From contig JBOGTG010000034.1 in assembly GCA_050692175.1 (NCBI GenBank), forward strand, positions 965 to 64,964: a DNA stretch of 64,000 bases. The letters run 5' to 3'. Positions within the stretch are counted from its first letter, which is position 1; every line of letters begins with the position of its first letter. The notes under the pieces were generated by a model, which saw only the letters and a program-made list of their open reading frames with translations, had not been told where the DNA came from and made no database searches. This stretch comes from Candidatus Limnocylindria bacterium (lineage in GTDB: Bacteria > Chloroflexota > Limnocylindria > P2-11E). A program made the position numbers and the translations under genes. Of this stretch, positions 43,294 through 52,397 are shown one piece after another.

Positions 43294-44526
43294 GTGCTCA
43301 GCGCAGTCCACAGCGATCGTTCCGGTCGTCTCGTAGTCGCGGCCGACTACGCGGCCGCCGTTTCCGACGGCACGTCGATCGGTCCACTTACACGAGCTCT
43401 CCGTCTTCCCGCCGGGACCGATGTGGTCCATCTCCCGGGCCGCGCGGCGATCGGCCTCGACCGCGACGGGCGCGCGAGAGAGCTCGGTCCGGGTCGTTGG
43501 GGCGTGGCGGCGATCGTTCCCATCGGGTACCTCCGGTTGGGCCTCCCCGCGTACGCGGACGACCTCGCTGCGCCACCGCTACGGCCGCGCGCGTACGCCG
43601 CCGTCGGCGCCGATGGCAACGGGGAGCTCGTCGTGTCGGGCGTCGCCCTCGAGACTGATGCGGGTGCCGCCGACGGTCGGTCTGCGCCGGACCTCGTGGC
43701 GCGGGTCACGGCGACACAGCGCGACCATCCATCGAGCCGTCTGCTGCGCCAGCTCGCGCGCTGCGCGAAGGACTACCGGTGCCGCGCTGCCGCGAACGCA
43801 TTCGTCGGACGTCACGACTGCGCGCTCCCGGTCGGAGCCCCTCGGAACGAGCGACCGCCCGAGGTGCTGGTCCTTCACGATGACGCCGACGCATCGCCGA
43901 CCGAACCCGCCGCCTTCAAGCCGACGTCCGAGGAAATCGCGGACGCGGCGTCACGGCACCTCGAGGGTGGTGGCACGGTCGTCGCGTTCGGGCGTGCGTG
44001 CGAGGGCGAGCCACTTCTCGTCGTGCGCGTGATCGAAGCAGCGATCCTCAGAGTCCGCGAGCACACGCGGCTTGGGACGATCCATCTCGAGACGAACGGC
44101 TCCGTCCCGGTCGCGCTGCGGAGGCTGTGCGACGCGGGCCTCGATTCGGTGGCGATCCGCGTGGCATCGGCGCGCGCCGAGACCTATGAGGCCATCCATC
44201 GGCCCGACGGCTTTCGTTTCGCCGATGTCAGGACTTCGATCGCGAACGCGATCGCGGCGAAGGTCTCGGTCGCGCTCCGGGTGCTCGCCCTTCCCGGCCT
44301 CACGGATCGAAGGCGCGAGCTCGACGCCTTGGTCGGCCTCGCCGGAGAGCTGCCCGCGGGGAGCTCGCTCGTCCTGAGCGATCTTTCCGCCGATCCGCAG
44401 CGCGCGCTCCAGATCGTCTCCACCACGGAGGCCGCGCTCGGGATGGACCGGATGCTCGACCGTCTCCGGACGGACGCCGCACATCTTCGGATTGTCGCGT
44501 TACCGCGGCCCCTCGTTCGTCTTTAG
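43294..44526 (+). CDS. Radical-SAM-like TIM-barrel protein with a non-canonical cysteine motif and an unknown N-terminal domain
   Basis: 410 aa. Contains CEGEPLL (GGE-type motif), HLETNGS, LDSVAIRVAS and LALPGLTD. There is no CxxxCxxC; instead Cys157-x5-Cys163-x12-Cys176. The gene ends 3 nt before obg. Confidence 0.5.
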   Translation: MLSAVHSDRSGRLVVAADYAAAVSDGTSIGPLTRALRLPAGTDVVHLPGRAAIGLDRDGRARELGPGRWGVAAIVPIGYLRLGLPAYADDLAAPPLRPRAYAAVGADGNGELVVSGVALETDAGAADGRSAPDLVARVTATQRDHPSSRLLRQLARCAKDYRCRAAANAFVGRHDCALPVGAPRNERPPEVLVLHDDADASPTEPAAFKPTSEEIADAASRHLEGGGTVVAFGRACEGEPLLVVRVIEAAILRVREHTRLGTIHLETNGSVPVALRRLCDAGLDSVAIRVASARAETYEAIHRPDGFRFADVRTSIANAIAAKVSVALRVLALPGLTDRRRELDALVGLAGELPAGSSLVLSDLSADPQRALQIVSTTEAALGMDRMLDRLRTDAAHLRIVALPRPLVRL

Positions 44527-44529
44527 AAC

Positions 44530-45804
44530 GTGTTCCTCGACCGCGCGCGCCTGGTGGTCCGTGGAGGCGATGGCGGCCGAGGCGTCATCTCGTTCCGGCG
44601 CGAGGCGCATGTTCCACGCGGTGGTCCCGACGGAGGTGACGGCGGCAAAGGTGGCGATGTCGTCCTGCGGGTTGACCCACAGCTCGGGACGCTCACCGAC
44701 TTTCGTTTCGCCAAGGAGATCGACGCGCAGGCGGGCCGGCCGGGAAGCGGTCGCAACAGCAGCGGTCGATCCGGTGCCGATCGGGTGTTGAGCGTTCCGC
44801 CGGGAACGCTCGTGATCGATCGCGCGACCGGCCAGACGGTGGCCGACCTCACCGCACCCGGCGAGGAGCTCGTCGTGGCGCGCGGCGGGACCGGTGGGAA
44901 GGGCAACGCCCGTTTCGCGACCAGCACGCGGCGCGCGCCACGCATCGCCGAGGACGGCGGCAAGGGCGAGCGCAGGGAGATCGACCTCGAGCTCAAGCTC
45001 CTCGCCGATGTCGGCCTTGCGGGCCTGCCGAACGCCGGGAAGTCGACTCTCCTCGCCGCTCTGACGAGCGCGCGCCCAAAAATCGCGGACTACCCCTTCA
45101 CAACGCTCGTCCCAAATCTGGGTGTCGCGCGCCTCGACGATCGCGAGCTCGTGGTTGCCGACATTCCCGGCCTGATCGAAGGTGCGAGCCAGGGCGCGGG
45201 CCTGGGCGAAGAATTCCTCCGGCACGTCGAGCGGACGCGTCTGCTCGTGCACGTCGTCGACGTCTCGCGGCCCGATCCGCTTTACGACATCGCCACGATC
45301 GACACCGAGCTAAAGAGTTACGGCCGCGGCCTGAAAGAGCGTCCGCAGCTCGTCGCGTTGAACAAGATCGACCTCCCCGACGCGCGCGACGCGGCGCCTC
45401 GGATCGCACGCGCTCTCGCCGATCGCGGGATCGCGAGCGTCGCGATTTCGGCCGCGGCGCGCCAGAGCACGGGCGACCTCCTTCGTCAGATCTTCGATCG
45501 GTGCCCGCCGCGGGAGGAAGCGAGCGCGCCGCCGCCGCGCGAGCGTCGCATCGCGTTCGCCGGAGGCGGGCGCGACTGGCACGTGAAACGCGAAGGCGCT
45601 GCGTTCCGTGTTGAAGGTGATCGGGTTGAGCGGCTCGCGTCCGGCATCGACTGGGAATCTCCCGACGCCGCGGCCTATTTCCAGCGCCAGCTCGTCCGGA
45701 CAGGGATCGAACGGGAGCTGCGTGCGCTCGGTGCGAAGGAGGGCGACACGGTCCGCATCGGCAGCCTCGAGATGGAGTGGAGCGAACGGGCGGGAGACGA
45801 ATGA
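44530..45804 (+). CDS. obg: GTPase Obg/CgtA
   Basis: 424 aa. Contains FLDRARLVVRGGDGGRGVISFRRE, the Gly-rich Obg fold, GLPNAGKST, DIPGLIEGA, NKID and a C-terminal OCT-type extension. Confidence 0.95.
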   Translation: MFLDRARLVVRGGDGGRGVISFRREAHVPRGGPDGGDGGKGGDVVLRVDPQLGTLTDFRFAKEIDAQAGRPGSGRNSSGRSGADRVLSVPPGTLVIDRATGQTVADLTAPGEELVVARGGTGGKGNARFATSTRRAPRIAEDGGKGERREIDLELKLLADVGLAGLPNAGKSTLLAALTSARPKIADYPFTTLVPNLGVARLDDRELVVADIPGLIEGASQGAGLGEEFLRHVERTRLLVHVVDVSRPDPLYDIATIDTELKSYGRGLKERPQLVALNKIDLPDARDAAPRIARALADRGIASVAISAAARQSTGDLLRQIFDRCPPREEASAPPPRERRIAFAGGGRDWHVKREGAAFRVEGDRVERLASGIDWESPDAAAYFQRQLVRTGIERELRALGAKEGDTVRIGSLEMEWSERAGDE

Positions 45805-46355
45805 CGCGCGTGGGTGTATTCGGAGGCACGTTCGACCCGGTCCATGTCGGGCACCTCGCGATCGCGAACGCCGCGCTCGACGAGCTCGGACTCGATCGCG
45901 TGTACTTCGTGCCGGCACGCCGCTCGCCGCTGAAACAGGATGAGCCGGTCGCGAGCGCGAAAGACCGGCTCGCGATGCTGACCGCGGCGATCGCGGGCGA
46001 GCCGCGCTTCCGGGTGTCGTCCGTCGAGCTGGATCGGGAGGGACCGTCGTTCACGGTAGACACCCTCGCGGCGCTGCGCGGCGAGGGCGAGCTCTTCCTG
46101 ATCCTCGGGAGCGACGCGTACGCCGACTTCGAGCGGTGGCGCGATCCCGCCCGGATCCGGGATCTCGCGACCGTCGTCCTGGCGGCTCGGCCTGGCGCAC
46201 CGAATGCACCCTCGGGGGTCCGGATGCTCGACTCCCCGCTCATGGACATCAGCTCGCGTGAGCTCCGCGCGAGGGCCGCGCGCGGGAGGTCGCTGCGCTA
46301 CCTTGTCGTGGAGGAAACACTGCGATACATCGAGGAGCATCGCCTGTACCGATGA
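45801..46355 (+). CDS. nadD: Nicotinate-nucleotide adenylyltransferase NadD
   Basis: 184 aa from ATG 45801, overlapping the obg stop. Contains GVFGGTFDPVHVGHL. Confidence 0.92.
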   Translation: MTRVGVFGGTFDPVHVGHLAIANAALDELGLDRVYFVPARRSPLKQDEPVASAKDRLAMLTAAIAGEPRFRVSSVELDREGPSFTVDTLAALRGEGELFLILGSDAYADFERWRDPARIRDLATVVLAARPGAPNAPSGVRMLDSPLMDISSRELRARAARGRSLRYLVVEETLRYIEEHRLYR

Positions 46356-46705
46356 CCGACCTCTCGCCCAGAGCCATGGCGGACGTCGTGGTCGATGCCG
46401 CGGGCGATAAGAAGGCCGAGGACATCCTCGTGCTCAATGTTTCGGAGCTCACGACGATCGCGGACCTCTTCGTCATCTGCACCGGCCGAGGCGAGCGCCA
46501 GGTGCAGGCCATCGCCGACGCGGTGCGCGAGAAGGCGATCGAGGCGGGCCGCCGGCCGATCGGGGTCGAGGGGTACAACTCCGGTCGCTGGGTGTTGATC
46601 GACCTCGGTGACGTCGTGGTGCACGCATTCGTCCCGGAGGAGCGCCAGCTGTATCGCCTGGAGCGCCTCTGGGGCGACGCTCCGGTCGTGCTTCGGATCG
46701 CGTAG
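46352..46705 (+). CDS. rsfS: Ribosomal silencing factor RsfS (Iojap family)
   Basis: 117 aa. Contains KKAEDILVLNV...DLFVICTG...RQVQAIAD...WVLIDLGDVVVHAF. Confidence 0.92.
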   Translation: MTDLSPRAMADVVVDAAGDKKAEDILVLNVSELTTIADLFVICTGRGERQVQAIADAVREKAIEAGRRPIGVEGYNSGRWVLIDLGDVVVHAFVPEERQLYRLERLWGDAPVVLRIA

Positions 46706-46779
46706 CTCGCTCGCGTTGGCTGCGCTGTGTCGGGTACGCTAGACGTCACGAGTAGGACGCGTCGTCGCGGCTTCGCCGC

Positions 46780-46852
46780 GGGGCTGTAGCTCAGCTGGGA
46801 GAGCGCATGAATCGCACTCATGAGGTCAGGGGTTCGATCCCCCTCAGCTCCA
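46780..46852 (+). tRNA. tRNA-Ala (anticodon CGC)
   Basis: Manual cloverleaf: acceptor GGGGCTG/CAGCTCC with the G3:U70 identity pair, anticodon arm CATGA-ATCGCAC-TCATG, T-arm AGGGG-TTCGATC-CCCCT. 73 nt. Confidence 0.9.
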
Positions 46853-46950
46853 CAAGGTCTAGGAGTGCCGCGGCGGGAGCTCGCTCACGCCAGCGGCCGA
46901 CGACGGCCTTGGAAGGCCCGAAGGGCCTTACCGAGTAGGACGGCGAGAGG

Positions 46951-47070
46951 ATGGACCGTTTCACTCAGAACGACCCCGAGCGTCAGGCGAACATCGCCTT
47001 TGCGCTCATCTTCCTGGGCATCATCGCCGTGGGCGCTCTCACAATCTGGCTCTTCTACGGAGCGTCCTAG
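46951..47070 (+). CDS. Hypothetical 39-aa membrane peptide (below the ORF-track cutoff)
   Basis: Own translation: MDRFTQNDPERQANIAFALIFLGIIAVGALTIWLFYGAS. GAGAGG lies directly upstream of the ATG. Confidence 0.35.
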   Translation: MDRFTQNDPERQANIAFALIFLGIIAVGALTIWLFYGAS

Positions 47071-47269
47071 CCAGAGCGGACAGGCAAGCCCACGCCCGTC
47101 TCGCATCGCGTCCATAAACCTGACCAGGCGCTCTCTCCGTCCTCTCGGCACCGGCGGGTCTGGACGATGTGCGAACGATTCCGTACGAAAGGGCTGACAA
47201 GCCCGCGTCGCGACCGTTATCACTTGTGCCACGACGCCGTTGCAGGATCGTCATCTCCAAGGAGTGCTG

Positions 47270-47977
47270 ATGCTTCGCCGTGCGCTGACCATCGCGCTCT
47301 CGGTCGCCGCCATCCTCGTCGCGTCCGCCGGGCCCGCCGCTGCGGCCACCCCGGTCGAGCGGGCACGCGCGAGCGCGAACGCCCAGAGCGATCTCCTAGG
47401 GTTGATCAACGCCTATCGAGCGAGCCAAGGACGCCAACCGGTCTCGCCCAACGTCGCGCTGACGGCGGCCGCGGTATGGATGGCCGGCGACATGGCCGCG
47501 AAGAACTACGTCGGGCACGTCTCCTCGGATGGCCGCTCGCCAACGCAGCGGATGTCCGCGTTCGGTTATCCAGTCGATTCGATGTACACGGGCGAGGACC
47601 TGGGAGCAGGGTATGGGACCGCCGGGGCCGTGGTCGCCGGATGGAAGGCGAGCGCCGCGCACAACGCGGTGCTCTTGAATCCGAACTACAACGCTGTCGG
47701 GATCGGTCTCGTCTACAACCCGGGCTCTACCTATAAGTGGTACTGGGCCGCGGACTTTGGTGGGCCGGGTGGGACCGTGAAGGTCGTCATTCCCCCGCCA
47801 CCGCCGACCGCGGCCGAGCGCGCCGCTTCGGCACCGCGAAGCTCGGCCGTGCAGGCGGCTGCGGAGACGATCGATCCCGAAGCCCAGGCGCAGGCGGCGC
47901 GGATCGCAGCCGTCGAAGGGATGGCCCGGCGCATCGCCAATCTCTTCGCGATGCTCCACCGCATGGGGATGATCTAG
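47270..47977 (+). CDS. Secreted CAP/SCP-domain (YkwD-like) protein
   Basis: 235 aa from ATG 47270, preceded by AAGGAG. Signal peptide ...GPAAAAT; also LINAYRASQG...HNAVLLNPNYNAVGIG. Confidence 0.8.
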   Translation: MLRRALTIALSVAAILVASAGPAAAATPVERARASANAQSDLLGLINAYRASQGRQPVSPNVALTAAAVWMAGDMAAKNYVGHVSSDGRSPTQRMSAFGYPVDSMYTGEDLGAGYGTAGAVVAGWKASAAHNAVLLNPNYNAVGIGLVYNPGSTYKWYWAADFGGPGGTVKVVIPPPPPTAAERAASAPRSSAVQAAAETIDPEAQAQAARIAAVEGMARRIANLFAMLHRMGMI

Positions 47978-48012
47978 CCGCCTAACATCCCTCTAACAAG
48001 GGGGAGTCAAGG

Positions 48013-49521
48013 ATGGCGACGCCCACGCTCCAGAACTACATCGACGGCCGCTGGCTCGACGCGTCCGGAGGCGGCACGTTCGAGAACACGAATCCAGCGA
48101 CGGGGGAGCTCATCGCGAACGTTGCGAAGTCGACGGTCGCGGACGTGGACCGCGCGGTGGATGCGGCCCGGCGCGCCCTGGACGGTTGGCGCCTCTACCC
48201 GGCCCCCAAGCGCGGCGAGATCCTCTATCGAGCCGGCGAGATCATGCTCGCGCGAAAGGACGACCTCGCGCGCGAGATGACGCGGGAGATGGGTAAAGTC
48301 CTCGCCGAAGCCCGCGGCGATGTCCAAGAGGGCATCGACATGACCTATTACATCGCCGGTGAGGGGCGCCGCCAGTTCGGCGACGTGGTTCCGGCGGAGC
48401 TCCCCAACAAATGGGCGATGAGCATGCGGCACCCGGTTGGCGTGGTCGCCGCGATCACCCCGTGGAACTTCCCGTTCGCGATCCCGACCTGGAAGATCAT
48501 GCCGGCGCTGATCCTCGGAAACACCGTCGTCTTCAAGCCGGCGTCTTACACGCCGCACCTTGCCGTGCGTCTCGTCGAAATACTCGAGGAAGCAGGACTG
48601 CCGAAGGGGGTGATCAACCTCGTCCTCGGCTCGGGCGGTGAGCTCGGCGACCATCTCGTTTCGCATCCTGGGGTCGACCTGATCTCGTTCACGGGGTCGT
48701 CGGACACGGGTGCGCACATCAGCGAGATCGCCGGGCGCCTCCTCAAGCGCGTCTCCTGCGAGCTCGGCGGAAAGAACGCGATCGTCGTGCTCGACGACGC
48801 CGATGTGGATCTGTCGCTCGACGGGATCGTCTGGTCGGCGTTCGGCACGTCCGGGCAGCGCTGCACCGCCGCGTCCAGAGTCATCGCCCACAAGACCGTC
48901 GCGAAGGATCTCGTCGACAAGCTCGTCGTCAGGGCAAAGAAGCTGCGCCTCGGAAATGGGCTCGAGGCATCCACGGACGTCGGCCCGGTCGTGTCGCAAT
49001 CTCAGCTCGAACGAGTGCACTCGTTCATCCCGGTCGCGGAGAAGGAAGGGGCCACCGTCGCGGCCGGGGGACACGTGTCGACGGACGGCGCGCTCGCCAA
49101 GGGTTTCTTCCACGAGCCGACCGTGCTCGTCGACGTGAAACCGAACATGCGTGTGGCCCAGGAAGAGATCTTCGGGCCGGTCACTGCGGTCATCGAGGTC
49201 TCGAGCATCGATGAAGCGATCAAGGCTGTGAACTCGACGAAGTACGGGCTCTCGAGCTCGATCTACACGCGAAACGTGAACAACGCGTTCCGCTTCATGC
49301 GCGATGCCGAGACGGGGATCGTGTACGTCAACGCCGGGACGATCGGGGCCGAGATCCAGCTCCCGTTCGGAGGGATGAAGGCGACTGGTAACGGTCATCG
49401 CGAGGCGGGCCGCGCCGCGCTCGACGTCTACTCCGAGTGGAAGTCGATCTACATCGACTACTCGGGCAAGCTCCAGCGCGCGCAGATCGACACCTCGGAG
49501 GGGACCAAGACGGCGCCCTAG
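48013..49521 (+). CDS. NAD(P)-dependent aldehyde dehydrogenase
   Basis: 502 aa. Contains ITPWNFP, FTGS, ELGGKN and the catalytic-Cys region GQRCTA. Confidence 0.93.
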   Translation: MATPTLQNYIDGRWLDASGGGTFENTNPATGELIANVAKSTVADVDRAVDAARRALDGWRLYPAPKRGEILYRAGEIMLARKDDLAREMTREMGKVLAEARGDVQEGIDMTYYIAGEGRRQFGDVVPAELPNKWAMSMRHPVGVVAAITPWNFPFAIPTWKIMPALILGNTVVFKPASYTPHLAVRLVEILEEAGLPKGVINLVLGSGGELGDHLVSHPGVDLISFTGSSDTGAHISEIAGRLLKRVSCELGGKNAIVVLDDADVDLSLDGIVWSAFGTSGQRCTAASRVIAHKTVAKDLVDKLVVRAKKLRLGNGLEASTDVGPVVSQSQLERVHSFIPVAEKEGATVAAGGHVSTDGALAKGFFHEPTVLVDVKPNMRVAQEEIFGPVTAVIEVSSIDEAIKAVNSTKYGLSSSIYTRNVNNAFRFMRDAETGIVYVNAGTIGAEIQLPFGGMKATGNGHREAGRAALDVYSEWKSIYIDYSGKLQRAQIDTSEGTKTAP

Positions 49522-50651
49522 ACGCCCGACGGCGACGGCGCCTCGACCGGCAGCGTGAAGCGCACAACGGTGCCCTCGCCGACCACGCTGGTCGCCGTGA
49601 TCCGGCCGCCATGCGCTTCGACGAGCTGCTTCGCGATCGCCAGTCCGAGCCCGGCACCGCGAGACTCCGCTGATTTATAGAACCGATCGAAGATCCGGTC
49701 GATCCGCTCCGGGTCGATCCCGGAGCCACTGTCGCGTACGTCGATCGCGACGCCGGCGCCGCCCTCGGCGTCTGCCTCAACGCTCACGCGCCCGCCGCGG
49801 GCCGTGTAGCGAAGCGCGTTGGCGATCAGGTTCGAGAGGATCTCGCGCGCACGGACCGGATCGGCGTCCACCTGGGGCAGACCCGTCGACACCTGAGCCT
49901 CGAGCGAGACCCCCGCCGGCACGGCCTGCGACGCGAAAGAGTCAACGGTCTCGTGCACGAGCGCGCCGACATCGACCGCCTCCCGGTGGAGCGCGAGCGC
50001 ACCGGACTCGGCAAGCGAAAGCGTGCGCAGGTCCTCCACGAGACGCGACAGGACCTTGGTCTCATCGAGGATCGCGGCGAGATGCGCCTCGTCCGCCGGA
50101 TGAACGCCATCGACGAGCGCTTCGAGATTCCCCTGCACGACGGAGAGCGGTGTGCGGAGCTCGTGGCTCACGTCCGCGAGAAGCCGCCGGCGCTGCTCCT
50201 CCCCCGCCTCGAGGCGGCTGGTCATAGCGTTGAACGCGCGCGAAAGAGCGCGCGCTTCGCGCGGTCCCCGTTCGGCGACCCGCGTAGAGAGGTCGCCGTC
50301 CGCGACGCGTCCGACCGCCTCAATGACGTCGCCGACCGGAGCGGCCAGGCGGCGGAGCGAACGCGCCGCGAAGACGATCCCGGCCAACACGATGAGGAGG
50401 GCAGCGCCGCGAGCGATGTTGCCCCCGGGATCGGGCGCGCCGAGCGCGCTGGCCAGTGTCAGAAAGAGAAAGGTGGCTGCGACGACCGACAGGACCGCAA
50501 ACGCAAAGACGAACATCGCCATGCGCCGCATGAACCGGCCGCTCCGGGCCGACATCGGCCCTCCCCACCCTCGTCGTGGAGGAAAGGGCTCGTTCTCCGG
50601 CCACCACGGCGGGCGCTCCCGCCACTGGCCCCGGCGTCGCTCGCCGCTCAC
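49518..50651 (-). CDS. Sensor histidine kinase (HAMP-HisKA-HATPase)
   Basis: 377 aa. Two transmembrane segments, a HAMP domain, the H-box LADVSHELRTPLS, and N/G boxes. Confidence 0.9.
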   Translation of the reverse strand: MSGERRRGQWRERPPWWPENEPFPPRRGWGGPMSARSGRFMRRMAMFVFAFAVLSVVAATFLFLTLASALGAPDPGGNIARGAALLIVLAGIVFAARSLRRLAAPVGDVIEAVGRVADGDLSTRVAERGPREARALSRAFNAMTSRLEAGEEQRRRLLADVSHELRTPLSVVQGNLEALVDGVHPADEAHLAAILDETKVLSRLVEDLRTLSLAESGALALHREAVDVGALVHETVDSFASQAVPAGVSLEAQVSTGLPQVDADPVRAREILSNLIANALRYTARGGRVSVEADAEGGAGVAIDVRDSGSGIDPERIDRIFDRFYKSAESRGAGLGLAIAKQLVEAHGGRITATSVVGEGTVVRFTLPVEAPSPSGV

Positions 50652-51334
50652 TCGTCGATCTCCGCAAACCGATAACCGACTCCGTAGACCGTGAGGAGGT
50701 ATCGCGGCCTTGCGGGATCCGGTTCGAGCTTGTGCCGGATGTTCTTGACGTGCGCGTCGATCGCGCGTTCATATGACTCGAACGCTACGCCGTGCACCGC
50801 GTCGAGAAGTTGGGCACGCGTGAAAACGCGGCCCGGTTCACGCGCCAGCGTGGCGACGAGCTGGAACTCGGTCGGCGTGAGGTCGACCTGGCGGTTCGCG
50901 ACCGTCGTGCGCATCCTTGGTATGTCAAGCGTGATCTCTCCGACCCGAACGACCTGCGTCTCGGACCGCGGGCGCTCGGTCCGCCGAAGCACTGCGCGCA
51001 CGCGCGCGACGAGCTCCTTGGGGCTGAACGGCTTCGTGACGTAGTCGTCCGCGCCGATCTCGAGACCGACGAGCTTGTCGGACTCCTCGCTGCGGCCGGT
51101 GAGCATCACGATCGGCACGTTCGACTCCGCACGGAGAGTTCGCGCCACGTCGAGGCCGTCGAGCTCGGGAAGACCGAGATCGAGAACGACGAGATCGGGC
51201 TTCTGGATGCGCGCGGTCGCGAGCGCGGCCTTTCCGTCGTGCGCCACGACGACCGCGAAGCCGGCATGCTCGAGATAGTCACGCGCGAGCTGCACGATCT
51301 TCGGCTCGTCATCGACGACCATGACTTTCCTCAT
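50648..51334 (-). CDS. OmpR-family response regulator
   Basis: 228 aa. Receiver domain (VVDDE...DLVVLDLGLP...KP) plus a winged-helix output domain (YLLTVYGVGYRF). Confidence 0.93.
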   Translation of the reverse strand: MRKVMVVDDEPKIVQLARDYLEHAGFAVVVAHDGKAALATARIQKPDLVVLDLGLPELDGLDVARTLRAESNVPIVMLTGRSEESDKLVGLEIGADDYVTKPFSPKELVARVRAVLRRTERPRSETQVVRVGEITLDIPRMRTTVANRQVDLTPTEFQLVATLAREPGRVFTRAQLLDAVHGVAFESYERAIDAHVKNIRHKLEPDPARPRYLLTVYGVGYRFAEIDE

Positions 51335-51400
51335 CGTCGGCCGAATCCTAGGTACGGACGAGACGCCGGACCGATGTCCGGCGTCCCGTCGGAAGCGCGC

Positions 51401-51763
51401 CTACCGACCGCTGGGCGGGGATGACGATGAGGTGCCGGTGTCCTTGGGCTTCTCACCGTGCATCTCCCTGTGCAGCTCCTCGAGCCGCTCCCTGGGGCTC
51501 TGGTAGTAACCAGGGCCGCCCCAACCGCCGCCGTGGCGCCGACCCCAACCCCCGAACGCCCCACGCAGGAGGACGAAGAAGAGGAGGATGAAGAAGAGTG
51601 GGAAGAGGAACCCGAATCCCCCGTAGAAGTGCGGGTAGTAGACGGCCGGTGCGACCGCGGTCCCACTCGCACCGAGCCCTTGAGCCAACCCCAGCTCGTA
51701 CGCCCCGACGCCCACGATCGCTGCGATCACGAGCGTCACGAAGATCCCGACGATGCCTCGCAT
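51401..51763 (-). CDS. Hypothetical Gly/aromatic-rich membrane protein upstream of the two-component system
   Basis: 120 aa from the second ATG, preceded by AAAGGAGAAAC. Two hydrophobic helices and a GGWGRRHGGGWGGPGYY tail. Confidence 0.55.
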   Translation of the reverse strand: MRGIVGIFVTLVIAAIVGVGAYELGLAQGLGASGTAVAPAVYYPHFYGGFGFLFPLFFILLFFVLLRGAFGGWGRRHGGGWGGPGYYQSPRERLEELHREMHGEKPKDTGTSSSSPPSGR

Positions 51764-51848
51764 TTGTTTCTCCTTTCGCGATGTCATCGAGACGAAGCGT
51801 CACAGCAGGTGGTGAACTGGGTGTGAAGGAGCGGCGGAGAAACTGCGG

Positions 51849-52397
51849 TCAGCGCAGAACGCTGTCGAGCCACCGTGCGGCCGCCGCGACCGCCTCGGCT
51901 TGGCGCGCGCCGAAATCGTGCCCCGCTCCCGCCATGCGGACGAGATCGATCCGCGGATTGTTCGCGGCGATTCGCTCGAGGACCGCGAACGGACCGAGCT
52001 CGTCTCTCTCGCCCTGGACAACGAGCGTCGGACACGTCGTCGCGGCCAGCGCCGCCTCGTCCCGCGGTCGCGCGCGCTTCGGCGGCGCGATCGGATGGCC
52101 GAGGATGACGAGCGCGTCCGGCGGCTCGCGCTCGGCGAGGAAGGCCGAGATCCGGCCGCCGAACGAGCGGCCGACGAGCGCGATGCGGTCATGTCCTTCC
52201 GCGCGCAGCGCGTCCCGCGCCCCGCGGAGATCCTCGATCTCCGACGCGTAGTCCCTACTCGGCCGCTGGCCGCGCGTTCTGAACGTGACCGCCCGCGACG
52301 CGATACCGAACCCGTCGAGCGCGGCCGCGAGCTCGCGAAGGATCGGCTGCTCCGCGGTGCCGCCGTACCCGGGAGCGAGGACCGCCGCGCGCGTCAA
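51849..52397 (-). CDS. Alpha/beta hydrolase (dienelactone-hydrolase-like small family)
   Basis: About 182 aa. The TTG start at 52397 overlaps the ligD stop (TTGA). Nucleophile elbow GRSFGG; also GERDE and GAGHDF. Confidence 0.7.
   Translation of the reverse strand: MTRAAVLAPGYGGTAEQPILRELAAALDGFGIASRAVTFRTRGQRPSRDYASEIEDLRGARDALRAEGHDRIALVGRSFGGRISAFLAEREPPDALVILGHPIAPPKRARPRDEAALAATTCPTLVVQGERDELGPFAVLERIAANNPRIDLVRMAGAGHDFGARQAEAVAAAARWLDSVLR

Noticed and set aside
46905-46929. Hairpin AAGGCCC-GAA-GGGCCTT, with an alternative pairing to the upstream GGCCTT, downstream of tRNA-Ala.
   Set aside because: It may be a tRNA 3' processing or termination hairpin. No U-tract follows and there is no further supporting evidence, so it was not annotated as a terminator.
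48007-49398. 463-aa minus-strand ORF opposite the aldehyde dehydrogenase gene. Similar long shadow ORFs occur elsewhere, for example 33529..35190, 55189..56391, 12959..14230, 4691..6331, 7784..9166, 26068..27282, 39673..40851 and 59858..60679.
   Set aside because: They are Arg/Pro/Asp/Gly-rich low-complexity translations with no recognisable motifs. Each lies antisense to, or out of frame with, a gene that has clear family signatures. This is the typical stop-codon-poor shadow frame of high-GC DNA.
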